Shown here in pieces: positions 13,540-25,598 of a stretch of 64,000 nucleotides of DNA. The stretch is from Octopus sinensis. Its lineage: Eukaryota. The stretch is taken from positions 10,664,001 to 10,728,000 of the forward strand of contig NC_042997.1 of NCBI RefSeq assembly GCF_006345805.1, written 5' to 3'. The notes under the pieces were generated by a model that saw nothing but the letters and a program-made list of their open reading frames with translations, was not told where the DNA came from and searched no databases. The translations under genes were made by a program, and so were the position numbers. Position 1 is the first letter of the stretch. Each line of letters opens with the position of its first letter.

Positions 13540-13980
13540 CACCCCAAGAAACCTAGGGCACACGAGGCTCTTCCACTCTCAAGGAGTTCAACTAAGAGAA
13601 GGTAACTCCAAACAAATCTTGCATCCTGATTACTGGGATCGAGGCACTTGTTACACCTGACCAACACAAGTTTAAAATACAAGAGCGTGGGACTGACTCT
13701 GCAAAAATCATGCCCGCTAAAACAATATTCATCGTACAAGTGGTGCAACAAACCAAGACACCAGTATCAACACCATCACGCTTTATTCATATTTCCAATG
13801 AATGAGAAGGATAGAAAACAGGGTGAATGGTAGCGGATGCTACTGGAAGTCTTCAGCTTCGACCTTGCACACAGGCAGCTATGGCCGCTTCCTACTAAAC
13901 TGTGGCAAGTCTTCATCAAGTAGAATAACACCCGACCAGTTAAGAGAGTAAAGATAATGTTATAATAAAAAGTACAAGTC
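13540..13980 (+). mobile_element. Possible degenerate RTE-like LINE 5' region
   Basis: Motif ctaagagaaggtaactcc resembles RTE 5' UTR motifs and is shared (reverse strand) with 34215-34670; no intact domain recognised. Confidence 0.3.
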
Positions 13981-13982
13981 TT

Positions 13983-14052
13983 GTTAATTACAGCTATCCA
14001 GGTTTTCGTGACCGGTGTTTCGACCACGAAACCCTGAGTAGCTGTCATTAAC
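13983..14052. repeat. 70-nt hairpin (28-nt arms, 14-nt loop), pre-miRNA-like geometry
   Basis: Arms 13983-14010 and 14025-14052 pair at 25 of 28 positions including one G-U. Confidence 0.8.
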
Positions 14053-14100
14053 GAGACTTCTGGTTTTATATAACATTATATTATGTTATATTCGTGTGAA

Positions 14101-14319
14101 GACAATTCGTCGACTGACAGTTCACTGACAGACAATTCCCACACGGCCTCAAACTCAACACGGAGGCCTACTTCAAGTGCCTGGGGGAGGTTGTGCTGCC
14201 CTGGGTCAAGAAGGTGGCTGCTAGGACACTCTATGTCCGGCAACAGGACTCTACATCATACCGCACAATTGTCCTGTCAGTAAGTTGTCTGTCGGCCAAC
14301 AGTCTGTCGACGAATTGTC
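14101..14319. mobile_element. MITE-like inverted-repeat module enclosing a transposase fragment
   Basis: gacaattcgtcgactgacagtt (14101-14122) versus aacagtctgtcgacgaattgtc (14298-14319); inner gacaatt/aattgtc at 14131-14137 and 14267-14273. Confidence 0.65.
14136..14267 (+). pseudogene. Tc1/mariner-superfamily transposase fragment (DD37D/maT-like)
   Basis: Translates [44 protein letters not shown], matching the LN...Y...L...VLPW......Y..QQD.A..H region around the second catalytic Asp. Confidence 0.75.
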
Positions 14320-14331
14320 AGTCCACCGTTT

Positions 14332-14450
<119 letters not shown>

Positions 14451-14454
14451 ATAT

Positions 14455-14731
14455 ACCGGAGTAAACACATAAATGTGAAACAAGGTGGAAAAAAGAGTAC
14501 TCAAATACCAGTGGTAGAGTAATATGCTTTATTTAAAGCAGCAGAAAATTCAACAAAACCTGTTACTCTGAGTTTCCAGTTGCCGTTCGTCGGACAGTTT
14601 TTGGTAGAATGGAACCGATATGTGGATTCTATCCAGACTATTGCAAATGCTACACCTTTAAAAAAATGGACTTGTTTGATTGGCCCTTTAGAAATAACGG
14701 CCAATTTTCGAGCGATAAACATAGATGAGTT

Positions 14732-14733
<2 letters not shown>
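14455..14733 (-). mobile_element. About 280-bp PLE pLTR-like unit between (TA)n tracts
   Basis: Non-repetitive block bounded by TA arrays on both sides and carrying a hammerhead fold. Confidence 0.5.
14555..14602 (-). ncRNA. Type I hammerhead-ribozyme-like motif (U4C variant)
   Basis: AAAA-A-CTGT-CCGACGA-A-CGG caa CTG-GAAA-CTCAGAG-TA-ACAG-G-TTTT: stem I 4+4 bp, stem II 3 bp, stem III CT/AG with CAG loop, GUA triplet. Confidence 0.68.
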
Positions 14734-14791
<58 letters not shown>

Positions 14792-14794
<3 letters not shown>

Positions 14795-14900
14795 AAATAT
14801 AAAAAATATAAAAATATAAAAATATATTAAAAAAATAGAAAAATATAGAAAAATATAGAAAATATAGAAAAATATATAAAAAAATATATAAAAATTATAG
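14792..14900. repeat. A-rich minisatellite, about 10-bp unit aaaaatatag
   Basis: Degenerate tandem units visible. Confidence 0.7.
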
Positions 14901-14934
14901 AATTCGAGGAAAATATATATATATATATATATAT

Positions 14935-15204
14935 AGGCGCAATGCCTCAGTGATTAGGGCAGCGGACTCGCAGTCGTAGGATCGCAGTTTCGTTGTGAGT
15001 GTTTATTGAGCGAAAACACGTAGAAGCTCCACGATGCTTCGGTAGGGGGTGGTGATCCCTGCTGTACTCTTTCACCACTCTTTCTTCTGTTGGCCTGCTC
15101 GCTTAGCCAGCGGGGTGGCGTCATTCGAAGGCTAAAACAATGCGAACGCATTGTGACCAGCGATGTGTAACAACATCTGATGGTCTGGTCGGTCACGTGA
15201 TCAT

Positions 15205-15209
<5 letters not shown>
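14935..15209 (+). mobile_element. tRNA-derived SINE (family C, tail type 1)
   Basis: Head ggcgcaatgcctcagtgattagggcagcggactcgc, body gtttattgagcgaaaacac shared with 21946 and 24586 copies. Confidence 0.85.
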
Positions 15210-15263
<54 letters not shown>

Positions 15264-15991
15264 GGGGAGAGAGAGAAAAGAGAGAGAGAAAAAGAGAGAG
15301 AGGAGACAATGAATCATTGCCTATTTCCTCGTCATGCAGCATAAACAAATCTCAGCTGAAGAAAACGAGGCAACTTTACCTCAACATGCCTGCCGAATCT
15401 TCTAGAGTAATCAACCAATCTAAGATTAATTATATCTGAAAAGACTGGGTGTTCAGAGATAGAAAGCCTTCGAATAAAGATCTCTTCCACAAGGCCTGAC
15501 CTGAGATAAACAACATCTCGGCAGATAGAAATGTACTAGTCGATAATGCAATTATCTTTTTAGTGGAATATAACTGAAAACAAGATGATTAGTTATGGAA
15601 TGTATATTTATAACAATACACCAGACACCTCAACAAAACAATTTCCTTCCTGGTTTCTGAAAAAAACCTGACCTAAACAATTAAAAATTTTTAATCTGGT
15701 GATAGCGAAGGAAGGAAAAAGAGATAAAACTGAGTTCTAATAAAAAATATTTTTAAAGAACTGCACTGATAAAACTACTACGATTATTTAAATAAAGAAG
15801 ATAAAACCGGACTTTATTGTTTTAATGTAATTCATTGTTTTTGATAGAAAATAAAAGACTAATAAATAAATAAAAAGTAGTGTAAAACTTTAATAAAATA
15901 TTAAAACTCAATCAAAATCATGTTTTCAATACCACGCTCTTAAAAAAAAAAGCCACATACGCACTATATTTGCCGTATGTTGAGTGTATGT

Positions 15992-16036
<45 letters not shown>

Positions 16037-16039
16037 CGG

Positions 16040-16076
16040 TACAGACAGACAGACAGACAGACAGATAGACAGATAA

Positions 16077-16132
<56 letters not shown>

Positions 16133-16145
16133 GCAGGCAGGCAGG

Positions 16146-16189
<44 letters not shown>

Positions 16190-16239
16190 AAAACAGACGG
16201 ACAGACAGACAGATAAATAAATAGATAGATAGATAGATA
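16040..16239. repeat. (GACA)/(GATA)/(GGCA) compound microsatellite at the 3' end of LINE copy 2
   Basis: Directly visible; the last units before the element are GATA. Confidence 0.95.
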
Positions 16240-18314
16240 AGTTTCTTTATTGGCCACACAGGGCTGCACACAGATGGGACAAGTTACAAGGTAGAGCTTT
16301 TCTTTTGGGGGATGAAAAAAAACAAAAAAAAACAAAAGAAACAAAAAAAAAGGGGTGGCGTAGGTTTTCGATCAAGAGGGATCGTAAAAGGGAAGAAAAG
16401 AGCAAAAAAAAATTAATAAAATAAAAAATTAAAAAGAAGAAAAGGAACAGGAACAAAAGAAAAGAGAAAGGAAAATAGAAGAAAAAAGTGGAAAAAAAGG
16501 GGAAGAGGAAAAAAACGATCAATAGGATCGTGTATCACAGTGTTATGATATATGGTGTAAAGGGGAAAGCAAGTAAGGTTTATCCGTGGGAAGAAAAGCC
16601 TACGAAAAAGACCGCGGTAACCTTGGTCAATATTGTTATATGTTACCACATTTGTTTGAAAGTGGGTAACCCTCTGTTTTCAATTTCTGGGTTCATAGGA
16701 TTATGCTCAAGGTGGCTTCGTCATTCATACGTGCCATCCTTGCTACATTCACCCATCTTTTTTTAAAACATTCGCTAGACAAAACTTGCCTCTCTACTCT
16801 CACTTTCCTTTTCAAGTGGTACATGAAGAAGTTGATGAGAGATTGACCAGAGAGGAAAGTGTTTGTCTCCAATCCTTTCAGACGCGTCCACCAGATACAT
16901 TATTTCGCCATAGCCACAAGGATGATGAAAATAGCTCTTCCTTCCCGTTTGAAGGAAGGAGGCGTGACAATATTGACGATAGACTCAGCTGATAAACCGA
17001 CTCGTCCCACACGTGACAGCAGTTGTTCGACATAAGCCCACAGGTCGGAAATTGTTGGACACTGCACGAGTGCGTGCAGAACGGTTTCGTCGCTCTGACC
17101 GCATCTCGGGCAGGTCGGCCCCGTGTTTCTCGAGCCGTGTCTGTAGAGCTTATCCCGAACGGGTAACGCTTCTCGGTAGCACTGCCAGGCCAGGGATCTC
17201 TGGAAGTTGTCCATGGGCCCTGGCCCGAAAGTCGTCCTGAACAGGCGGGTCAGGTACTCCTCGTCGACGTCCAGGTTCTCCCCGAGCTCGTCGTCGTACC
17301 TCCCCTCCACTAATCCCCTATAGAATGCTTTGGTTGTGTTGAAGTCACTCAAGGTCGACCCAGGACGGCAGAGTTGCTTGAGAGCAACGCGACACTAGCG
17401 GTGCCATTCGCCCTTCCTCGGCCTCTTTTTGATCTACGACTGCAGTTCACCGTCGTCTACATAGAGCCAGAGATGTCGCAGTCTCAGCGCGTGTCTGCGC
17501 ATCATCAACCACGGCATGCCCAGTCCTCCTTTTAACGGGTGTTGACAGCAAATGGATCGCCTGACCATCGGGACGCATCCTTTCCACAAGAAGCGAAAGA
17601 GAATGCGTTGTAGTTTGGTGATGGTAGGGTCGGGACAAGGCACGACGGTCAGGCGGTAGTAGATGACCGTCGCGATGTACGTGTTCGCCACCTCCGCCCG
17701 ACCTTTTATGGACAGTTTCCTCTCGGCCCATTGCCGGGGGAGAGTGACCACCCTACTCGTTATCTCGTTCCAGTTCTTCTCCACTTGGAGGTCCGGGCCA
17801 AACCAGACCCCGAGCAACTCAACCGGGCCGTCGATCCAGCGTCCCACGACGGAGGCGCTGGTGGACGGCATGGGCTTGCTTCTCCAGGTGCCTAGTCGCA
17901 AGCCCACTGACTTTTCCCGGTTGATTTTCGCTCCTGTCACCGCTTCGTAGTTTTTCAGTGTCTCGCCGACCTGCTCGATGTGCTCGTGGCTAGACACTAT
18001 GACGGTGACGTCGTCCGCGTATGCAGACACGCTCGTCCCGCATCCCAGTTCTCGCGGGATGCCCCTCAAAGTTGCCAGCTTCCGCAATAATGGCTCGAGA
18101 GTCAATACGTATAGAAGCGACGAGAGGGGGCATCCCTGACGGACCGAACGTGCGATGTCGAAGGGTCTCGATAGATGTCCATTCACGCGAATTACCGAAC
18201 GGATGCCTCTGTACAAAGCGGCTATCCAGCCGCGGAAGGCGGGACTGAAGCCAGCCGCTCTGAGGACCGCCTCCAAGTATCGATGGTCCACCCTATCGAA
18301 AGCTTTCGATTGAT
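16240..18314 (-). mobile_element. 5'-truncated L1/Tx1-type non-LTR retrotransposon, copy 2 (RT to 3' end), inactivated
   Basis: QSKAFDRVDH, SVRQGCPLS, AYADD RT motifs and CPRC..H..C finger; stops at WHR* and MAK* where copy 1 has Glu codons, plus a stop at 17434; AATAAA at 16246-16251 (minus). Confidence 0.92.
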
Positions 18315-18318
18315 ATAT

Positions 18319-18319
<1 letters not shown>

Positions 18320-18395
<76 letters not shown>

Positions 18396-18402
18396 CAGAC
18401 AG
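18320..18402. repeat. (GATA)n microsatellite at the 5' truncation point of LINE copy 2
   Basis: Directly visible. Confidence 0.97.
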
Positions 18403-21400
18403 AGAGAGATTGTTTCGGTGCATAACCATTCATGTTTGGTTAAGAAGTTCATTTTACAATCATGAAGCCCTGGGTACGATTCTACAGTAGGGCACTTTGT
18501 GCATTTATCTTTTGACCATAGCCTCGGCTAAACAAAAACATTGTGATCGAAATTGTTTAAAAGGAAACCATGTGGAAGATCATACGATGGATCACGTCTG
18601 CAATTATAATTCCACGTCGAGTTCGCCTCAGGTTTATATCAATTGCACAACTATCTATGGAAAACTCACAACTTATACAAAAATACAACGGATCTGGCAC
18701 TTCTGTCGATCGAATAACTAGAACACACTTCATAGAAAGCAACACAAGTTCCGTTATCATATTATTTGATATGATATTTTGTTATATATCATATATTATA
18801 TTATATTTATTACATTACATTATATTTGTACAATAACAATTTTTTACTCGGTTAAGAACATATTTCAATACCACAAATGATGGACAGTGGTTATATAAAA
18901 ATGAATTAGGTTTCCACCCTCACAAATCGATAAGCTATATTGCATTCTATTTAATAAAATAAAGTGGTAAAGAAATGCGCTTTCGCTATCCAACTTTTCT
19001 CATTAAGGTAAAAACACTTCAATAAATATGAGCGTTACATCAAGTGCAGAATTCTCAAAATAAAAGCTATGTAATCTCTTGCAAATATATATCTTTCAGA
19101 AACTTTTATCATATCCAGAAAGTTTCCAATGCTGCTGTTAAATCAGTCTATTACAGTCTAGAAGATTACTAAGATGTTCTCGCCAAGATTTCTGTTTTTT
19201 TTTTTTGTTTTTTTTTTATATATATAGTTTTGCTTCAATAATGAGGTTTATGTCGTTTATATATGTCCTCATTTAAGCCACTCAGACAAACCTAGTCTTT
19301 CTCTTGTCAGAAATGAAAATTAATATTCCTTCCTTCAAACTCGACTGAGCGATTTCGATTGAAATTATAATCTCTTTTACATTTGTAATTATTTAGACTT
19401 TAATAACAATTGTAGTAAAGAAACATTATTATACATTAAAAATAGTAATGCTGTGTTACAAACAAAATTGTCAGTGAACTAGAAGCAGTGTTAGATGGTT
19501 GTTTAAATATCTTGCCGTATTTAATCGCACTCTTTGCGCTCTGCGTTCAAATCCTGCTGAAGTTAGCTTTGCTTTTCAATCTTACGATCACTCAGAATTA
19601 ACTGTAGCCGACATAAAGTAAGGCAACTGAAGACTACTTTTGTGCTCTCCTATGAAAATTCTATGACAATCACATAGTGCTTTGCCATGGAATTCAACAG
19701 GAGTAGTTGGACGATGGCGCAAAGAACAGAAACGATTAAAGGGAATAACACAATTAGACTGACAGAACCTGTAGGGCGCCATACAAAATGTTACCAGCTT
19801 CGAATCACGCCGAGATCAGCTTCGCATTTCAGGGTCGATAAAATAAAACAAGTAATAGTCAACAGCCAAATATTTATGTCAACTTCTTCTTTCCACAAAA
19901 GTTGTGACACATTTGTCAAAAATACTACGGTGTATTTCTGTAAAAGTTACTGAACCATTGTAAAGCGATTTGATATTACCGAAAACGGAATCACGTTTGA
20001 ATTGTTGAGACTGATGCAAAGCCCCACTTCAAACACCATCAATGTTGAAAATATATCTGGTACACAAGTAAAAACAGTATAGAGTGCTTTGTGGTATTTA
20101 GTTACGGCCTTTTTATGTCCTGAGTTCAAATACTTGCACGTAAAGGAGCGTGGACAAGGGGATAGGGATATCGAATTCACGACCACAAGGTGATGGTTTT
20201 TTTCTTCCAAACTGACCGGTACGTTGTGTTTTGGGGCAAAACATTTGCTTTCATGTTATTCCAGTCCACACAGCTGAAAATAAGAGCTACTAATAGCAGG
20301 TGGGTGGGGTGTATCTCTGTGATGGAGACGAAGGAATTTTTCGGCCTAATAAGCTTGTAGGTAAGTGACAGACAGTGGATAATTACATAATTTAATGTGT
20401 GATTCAAATTTTGAGACAGTAGCTTTGAGAAAGATTTAGTCACTATACCCAGCATGCTGAGCAACCACGTGGTGTTCGCTGCAGTTGCTAGAATAAGTAG
20501 CAGCACTATACTGTCGTGAATAAGTACGACAACTGTGTGTCTTTGTGCCAATGTATGATATTAATACTGAGCAACAATTACTGTAAGAGTCATCATCGTC
20601 TCAAGGTGGTTAAAGAGGCTGTTATATTTTGTATAGAAATGTTTTACATTGTAATAATTTTGTTCCATGAGAAAATATTTCCTGCACCGGATAAAGATGA
20701 ATAATAGAAATTGTTATTTTAAAAATTTCAGGAAATATCTTTAATCTGTAAATAGCAAACAAAAATTTAGCAAATCAATATTTTTTTCTTCTATTTTTTT
20801 TTTTAAATTAGAAAAGCAATATCAAACACTCAGTTCTTTTGATTACCAGTCGGAAAGAAATTCGAAGTGTAACAAGATTCTTAACAATAACTATGAAAAA
20901 GAAAAAAAAAAGTTATTTCCTAATCTTAACAAGAAATTCAGAAGTAAGAACTACGCTGTTAGACGAAGTTCATAGTGTCACGTCTAATTATTCTTCCAAC
21001 CTTTAGGTCGTTTGTTGCAGTTCATACAATTTATAGTAGTTGGTGAGAATCAAAAGTAGAGACTGGCACTAAATGGATATACACGTTTGCCATACCAGTA
21101 GAACATTAGATTCGGTAGGCACAGTTCCAGGTTCTTGTTATTTATAGCCAACTGCCCTACTTAAAATATTGAAACAGACGTTTCCCAAGTAATTACTATG
21201 CAGTGTATAAGTGTTAAATTAAAATCAACACAACGTCTCAAAGGCTGAGAGTATTCGCTAACTCTTTACCATTTAAACTGTATTCTTCTTACCTTCTGCC
21301 TTGATACTTTCTATACAACGCTTTCACGTATTTTGTCAAATTAAATAAAAGTAAAAACATATTCTCGATAGTATTTCTCCGCATTTTTCTCTATTTTTAT

Positions 21401-21904
21401 AAGCTAAATAATTAGAATTCTTTAAAATATATTTAACATGCTGAAGTATTTTAAGCTTAAAAGTAATTATGTCGAGAATTTTTTAAATGTCTTTGGGACT
21501 TTAATTTTAAAAGTGTTCTAGAAACTAATAATCTATTTTGGTATAGATGAACGCACATGACCTTAAACGGCAAAATTCGACTTATTGTTTACCTACATTT
21601 CTTTCAAACTAAATTGAAAAAGCGAGTAAAATATATGTTGTAAAACAACTGGTGAGGTAAAGAAAGGTACTTTTATATAAATCTAATTTGGTTTTCTAAT
21701 CTGAACCACATTTTATAGGATAAAGGTACAGTTCATTAAAAATGAAATTGCTACAAAGGTGCAACTACAAAGATACAGCTACAAAACTGCAACGGATTTC
21801 CAAATGGTAATTATTTGGTACTGAGAAGAAGCAATTACATTGCTACAAAAATGTCTTTTCTAAAGGAAAATATAACGTTTACATATTGACTCTAAACATA
21901 TAAT

Positions 21905-21945
<41 letters not shown>

Positions 21946-21947
<2 letters not shown>

Positions 21948-22255
21948 GCGCAATGGCCCATTTGTTAGGGCAGCGGACTCGCGGTCGGAGGGAGGATCGC
22001 GGTTTCGATTCCCAGACTGGGCGTTGTGCGTGTTTATTGAGCGAAAACACCTAAATAAAGGCGCCACGAGGCTCCTGTAGGGGGTGGTGGTGACCTCTGT
22101 TGTACTCTTATGCCACAACTTTCTCTCACTCTCTCTTCCTGTTTCTGGAGTAACGCTGCAATGGACTAGCGTCCCGACCAGCTGGGGGGAACACATACTC
22201 CACAGAAACCGGGAAACCGGGCCCATGAGCCTGGTTAGGCTTGAAAAGGGTGACG
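21946..22255 (+). mobile_element. tRNA-derived SINE (family C, tail type 2)
   Basis: ggcgcaatggcccatttgttagggcagcggactcgcgg...ggtttcgattcccag head and shared body; tail ...ccacagaaaccgggaaaccgggccc. Confidence 0.85.
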
Positions 22256-24135
22256 TTTATCGCTATATATATATATATATATATATACGTGTGTGGCGGG
22301 ATGCAGTTTAACCCTAGAAATATAACACAAATGCTCTGTTGGCAAACTAAAAATAAAACATTGCAAAATAACTCTATATGAATATTGTACGAATTAACAG
22401 TTAGCAGAAACTAATTACCTAATTGACAGTTGACTTCATCAAATTCATTTCAAACCATAATTGTAATTATTCATTCTTGTTCTTTGCTAATCTGGAGCGA
22501 CAGGATTAGCTCTGTCCATTTTTCTTACAAACTGGTTTGGAATGAATAAATTGAAAATGTCTTGTAATACACGGTGGTAGCTTTGATCAATATGAAAGTC
22601 TTTTTCTTTAATTACTTTTTCAAGACTAAACCAATCAGACATGGGAAAATAGCTCAACTGGAAATTGAGAACACAATGCACACACACACACACACACACT
22701 TACACACATACACACACACATACACACACTCACACACACACACACACACAAATACACAAACACAAACACACACGCACATTCACACACACACACATATACA
22801 CATCCTATTATTCACTCATACCTTCACACCTCTCCCGCTCTCTCTTTCTCTCTCTCTCTCTCTCTCCTTTTCTATAAACTGAATTTATTATAGGGAATAA
22901 AACAAACAAATAAATAGAAGAAACCACTAAACTCTAGGCATAAATTTAAACAGCGGTGGTTTTAGTTCCCACGTTACAATAGTCAGAGATTTCAACTTCT
23001 AAACATACTGAAATGGATGTTCAAGCGCTGAATCCTCTAAGCCACGGAATTGCAGTTCCTTCATTCTGCATTTTCTATCGTTACTTCAACGACAAACCTA
23101 ACTAGTTGCACACGACTGTACCTAATCCCATCCAATTCATCCCTCTCTCTTTCCTTTGTCATTCATACCATATCTTCACTCATCCAGACTCCATACTAAA
23201 CAACCCAAAAATTCTTCATCTCATAACATCATTTAGACATCTGTAATTCAATTCCCACTAAGGATTTTTTTTTTGTTCTTGCTTGTCTCTTTTTGCTTTT
23301 TGACATTCACTTGAATATGTTGAAGAGGAACATCAAGTGAAACAGTCTCACCAATACCGATGGAGAGAAGACTATGAACGTTATAAGCGTGCACTGCCCC
23401 TTCCCTTTTATTAAATCATTAAAAACAATTATGAATCAATATCGTATACGAGTATCAAGAATCAACAATGAAAGCATAACGTATACATAAAAGTTTGAAA
23501 CCCTTGTACGTCAGTACCATACAAAATTATAGCCATAATCATGAACTTCAGCTGTTGGATATCTAGAAATAAATATATAAACCGAAGTACTGATTATAAC
23601 CTATTGATAGGAATTATATATCTTAGTAATATAACAACACTGTCGTCAGAGGGATAGATTAACTGCATCGGGCAATTGTACAGTAGCTATTACATATATC
23701 CTGTTATGACAGATTGTGTTTAAAAATTAAATATCGTTTTCGTGTCTGTTACAGTCGGGGGTTTTATTGTTGAGGTTGTATTTTTGCTGGAGTTTTGAAA
23801 TGTTTGTTTTTACTTTCTATACTAGTTTTGTTTATTCATTTTGAGGTGTGCATTCATAATAATATATTCACCGAAAGCCACAGAGCGAATATCGATATCA
23901 AAAAAAAAAAAAGAAAAAGAAAAAGAAGCAGCAGCATTCACCGATAGTAAAATTTTGAATATTTTGTTTTTTCATAATAAAATCAGTGGGAGACGGAAGA
24001 TATATTCACACATGTATACACACATATCTACTTATTTGCATACATACTTGTGTGTGTGTGTGTGTGCATGTATGTATGAATATATCTACACATACATATG
24101 TATATTATATATATATATATATATGTGTATATCTG

Positions 24136-24181
<46 letters not shown>

Positions 24182-24393
24182 TGTATTATGTATGTATGTA
24201 TGTATATTAAAATCTTGTCTCTTAACGCACCCAAATATATTTTGTAGCTGGTATAAATAAATTGTTCGTGTAAAAAGTGTAGATTTTCAAATATCAAAAT
24301 AGGAGCATTCGAAGTATAGATGTTTGTTTAAAAACCATTCTGCGGGCTATTTATATTTTTATAAGTTGTTGTTGTTGTTGTTGTTATTGTTTT

Positions 24394-24427
<34 letters not shown>

Positions 24428-24585
24428 GTTTTCTTCATCGTTGACGTAGTTGTTAATGTTAATTTCAACAACATTGCTTTCACTGAAGTTCTTAAATAGA
24501 GTGACCAATGAAACTTGTTGTTGTTGGTGTTGTTGCTGTTGTTGTTGCTGCTGCTGCAGCTGCTGCTACTGCTGCTGCTGTTGCT

Positions 24586-24973
24586 GTTAAGCGAAGCGGT
24601 CTTCGTCCCAGAGCTCGCAAGATCGCGCCTCTGTACTGAGAGAAGTCCGAAACGTGGTCCTTTGCTATTCGTAAGACCCGCAGAAGAGAAAGCAGGCCAG
24701 CCCCCGACACCGAGAGCATCGACGGATGGATGAATGCGCATCCAGGCTCAGTGGTTGCGTAGGAAGTCGGGGACAAGAAACAGGAAGAAAGAGTGAGAGA
24801 AAGTTGGGGCGTTAGAGTACAACAGGGGTCGCCACCACCCCCTGCTGGAGCCTCGTGGAGCTCTTTAGGTGTTTTCGCTCAATAAATACACACAACGCCC
24901 GGTCTGCGAATCGAAACCGCGATCCTCCGACCGTGAGTCCGCTGCCCTAACTATTGGTCCATTGCGCCTCCAC
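24586..24973 (-). mobile_element. tRNA-derived SINE (family C, tail type 3) with (CAG/CAA)n tail
   Basis: Minus head gtggaggcgcaatggaccaatagttagggcagcggactc...ggtttcgattcgc; shared body; GC-rich distinct tail. Confidence 0.85.
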
Positions 24974-25163
24974 TTACTGCTGCTGCTTTTGTTGTTGTTG
25001 TTGTTGTTTTCTTCATCGTTGACGTAGTTGTTAATGTTAATTTCAACAACATTGCTTTCACTGAAGTTCTTAAATAGAGTGACCAATGAAACTTGTTGTT
25101 GTTGGTGTTGTTGCTGTTGTTGTTGCTGCTGCTGCAGCTGCTGCTACTGCTGCTGCTGTTGCT

Positions 25164-25551
25164 GTTAAGCGAAGCGGTCTTCGTCCCAGAGCTCGCAAGA
25201 TCGCGCCTCTGTACTGAGAGAAGTCCGAAACGTGGTCCTTTGCTATTCGTAAGACCCGCAGAAGAGAAAGCAGGCCAGCCCCCGACACCGAGAGCATCGA
25301 CGGATGGATGAATGCGCATCCAGGCTCAGTGGTTGCGTAGGAAGTCGGGGACAAGAAACAGGAAGAAAGAGTGAGAGAAAGTTGGGGCGTTAGAGTACAA
25401 CAGGGGTCGCCACCACCCCCTGCTGGAGCCTCGTGGAGCTCTTTAGGTGTTTTCGCTCAATAAATACACACAACGCCCGGTCTGCGAATCGAAACCGCGA
25501 TCCTCCGACCGTGAGTCCGCTGCCCTAACTATTGGTCCATTGCGCCTCCAC
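25164..25551 (-). mobile_element. Second copy of the family C tail-3 SINE (within tandem duplication)
   Basis: Identical by eye to 24586-24973. Confidence 0.85.
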
Positions 25552-25566
25552 TTACTGCTGCTGCTT

Positions 25567-25598
<32 letters not shown>

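Larger units (their letters stand above)
24411..25584. repeat. Tandem duplication, 578-bp period, two units, junction in (TTG)n
   Basis: Identical ORF pairs in the track are offset by exactly 578 (24515/25093, 24776/25354). Confidence 0.95.

Noticed and set aside
24328-25354. Poly-Ser/Asn/Thr/Ala/Leu ORFs resembling low-complexity proteins
   Set aside because: They arise from (CAG/CAA/TTG)n tracts plus SINE sequence and repeat with the tandem duplication.
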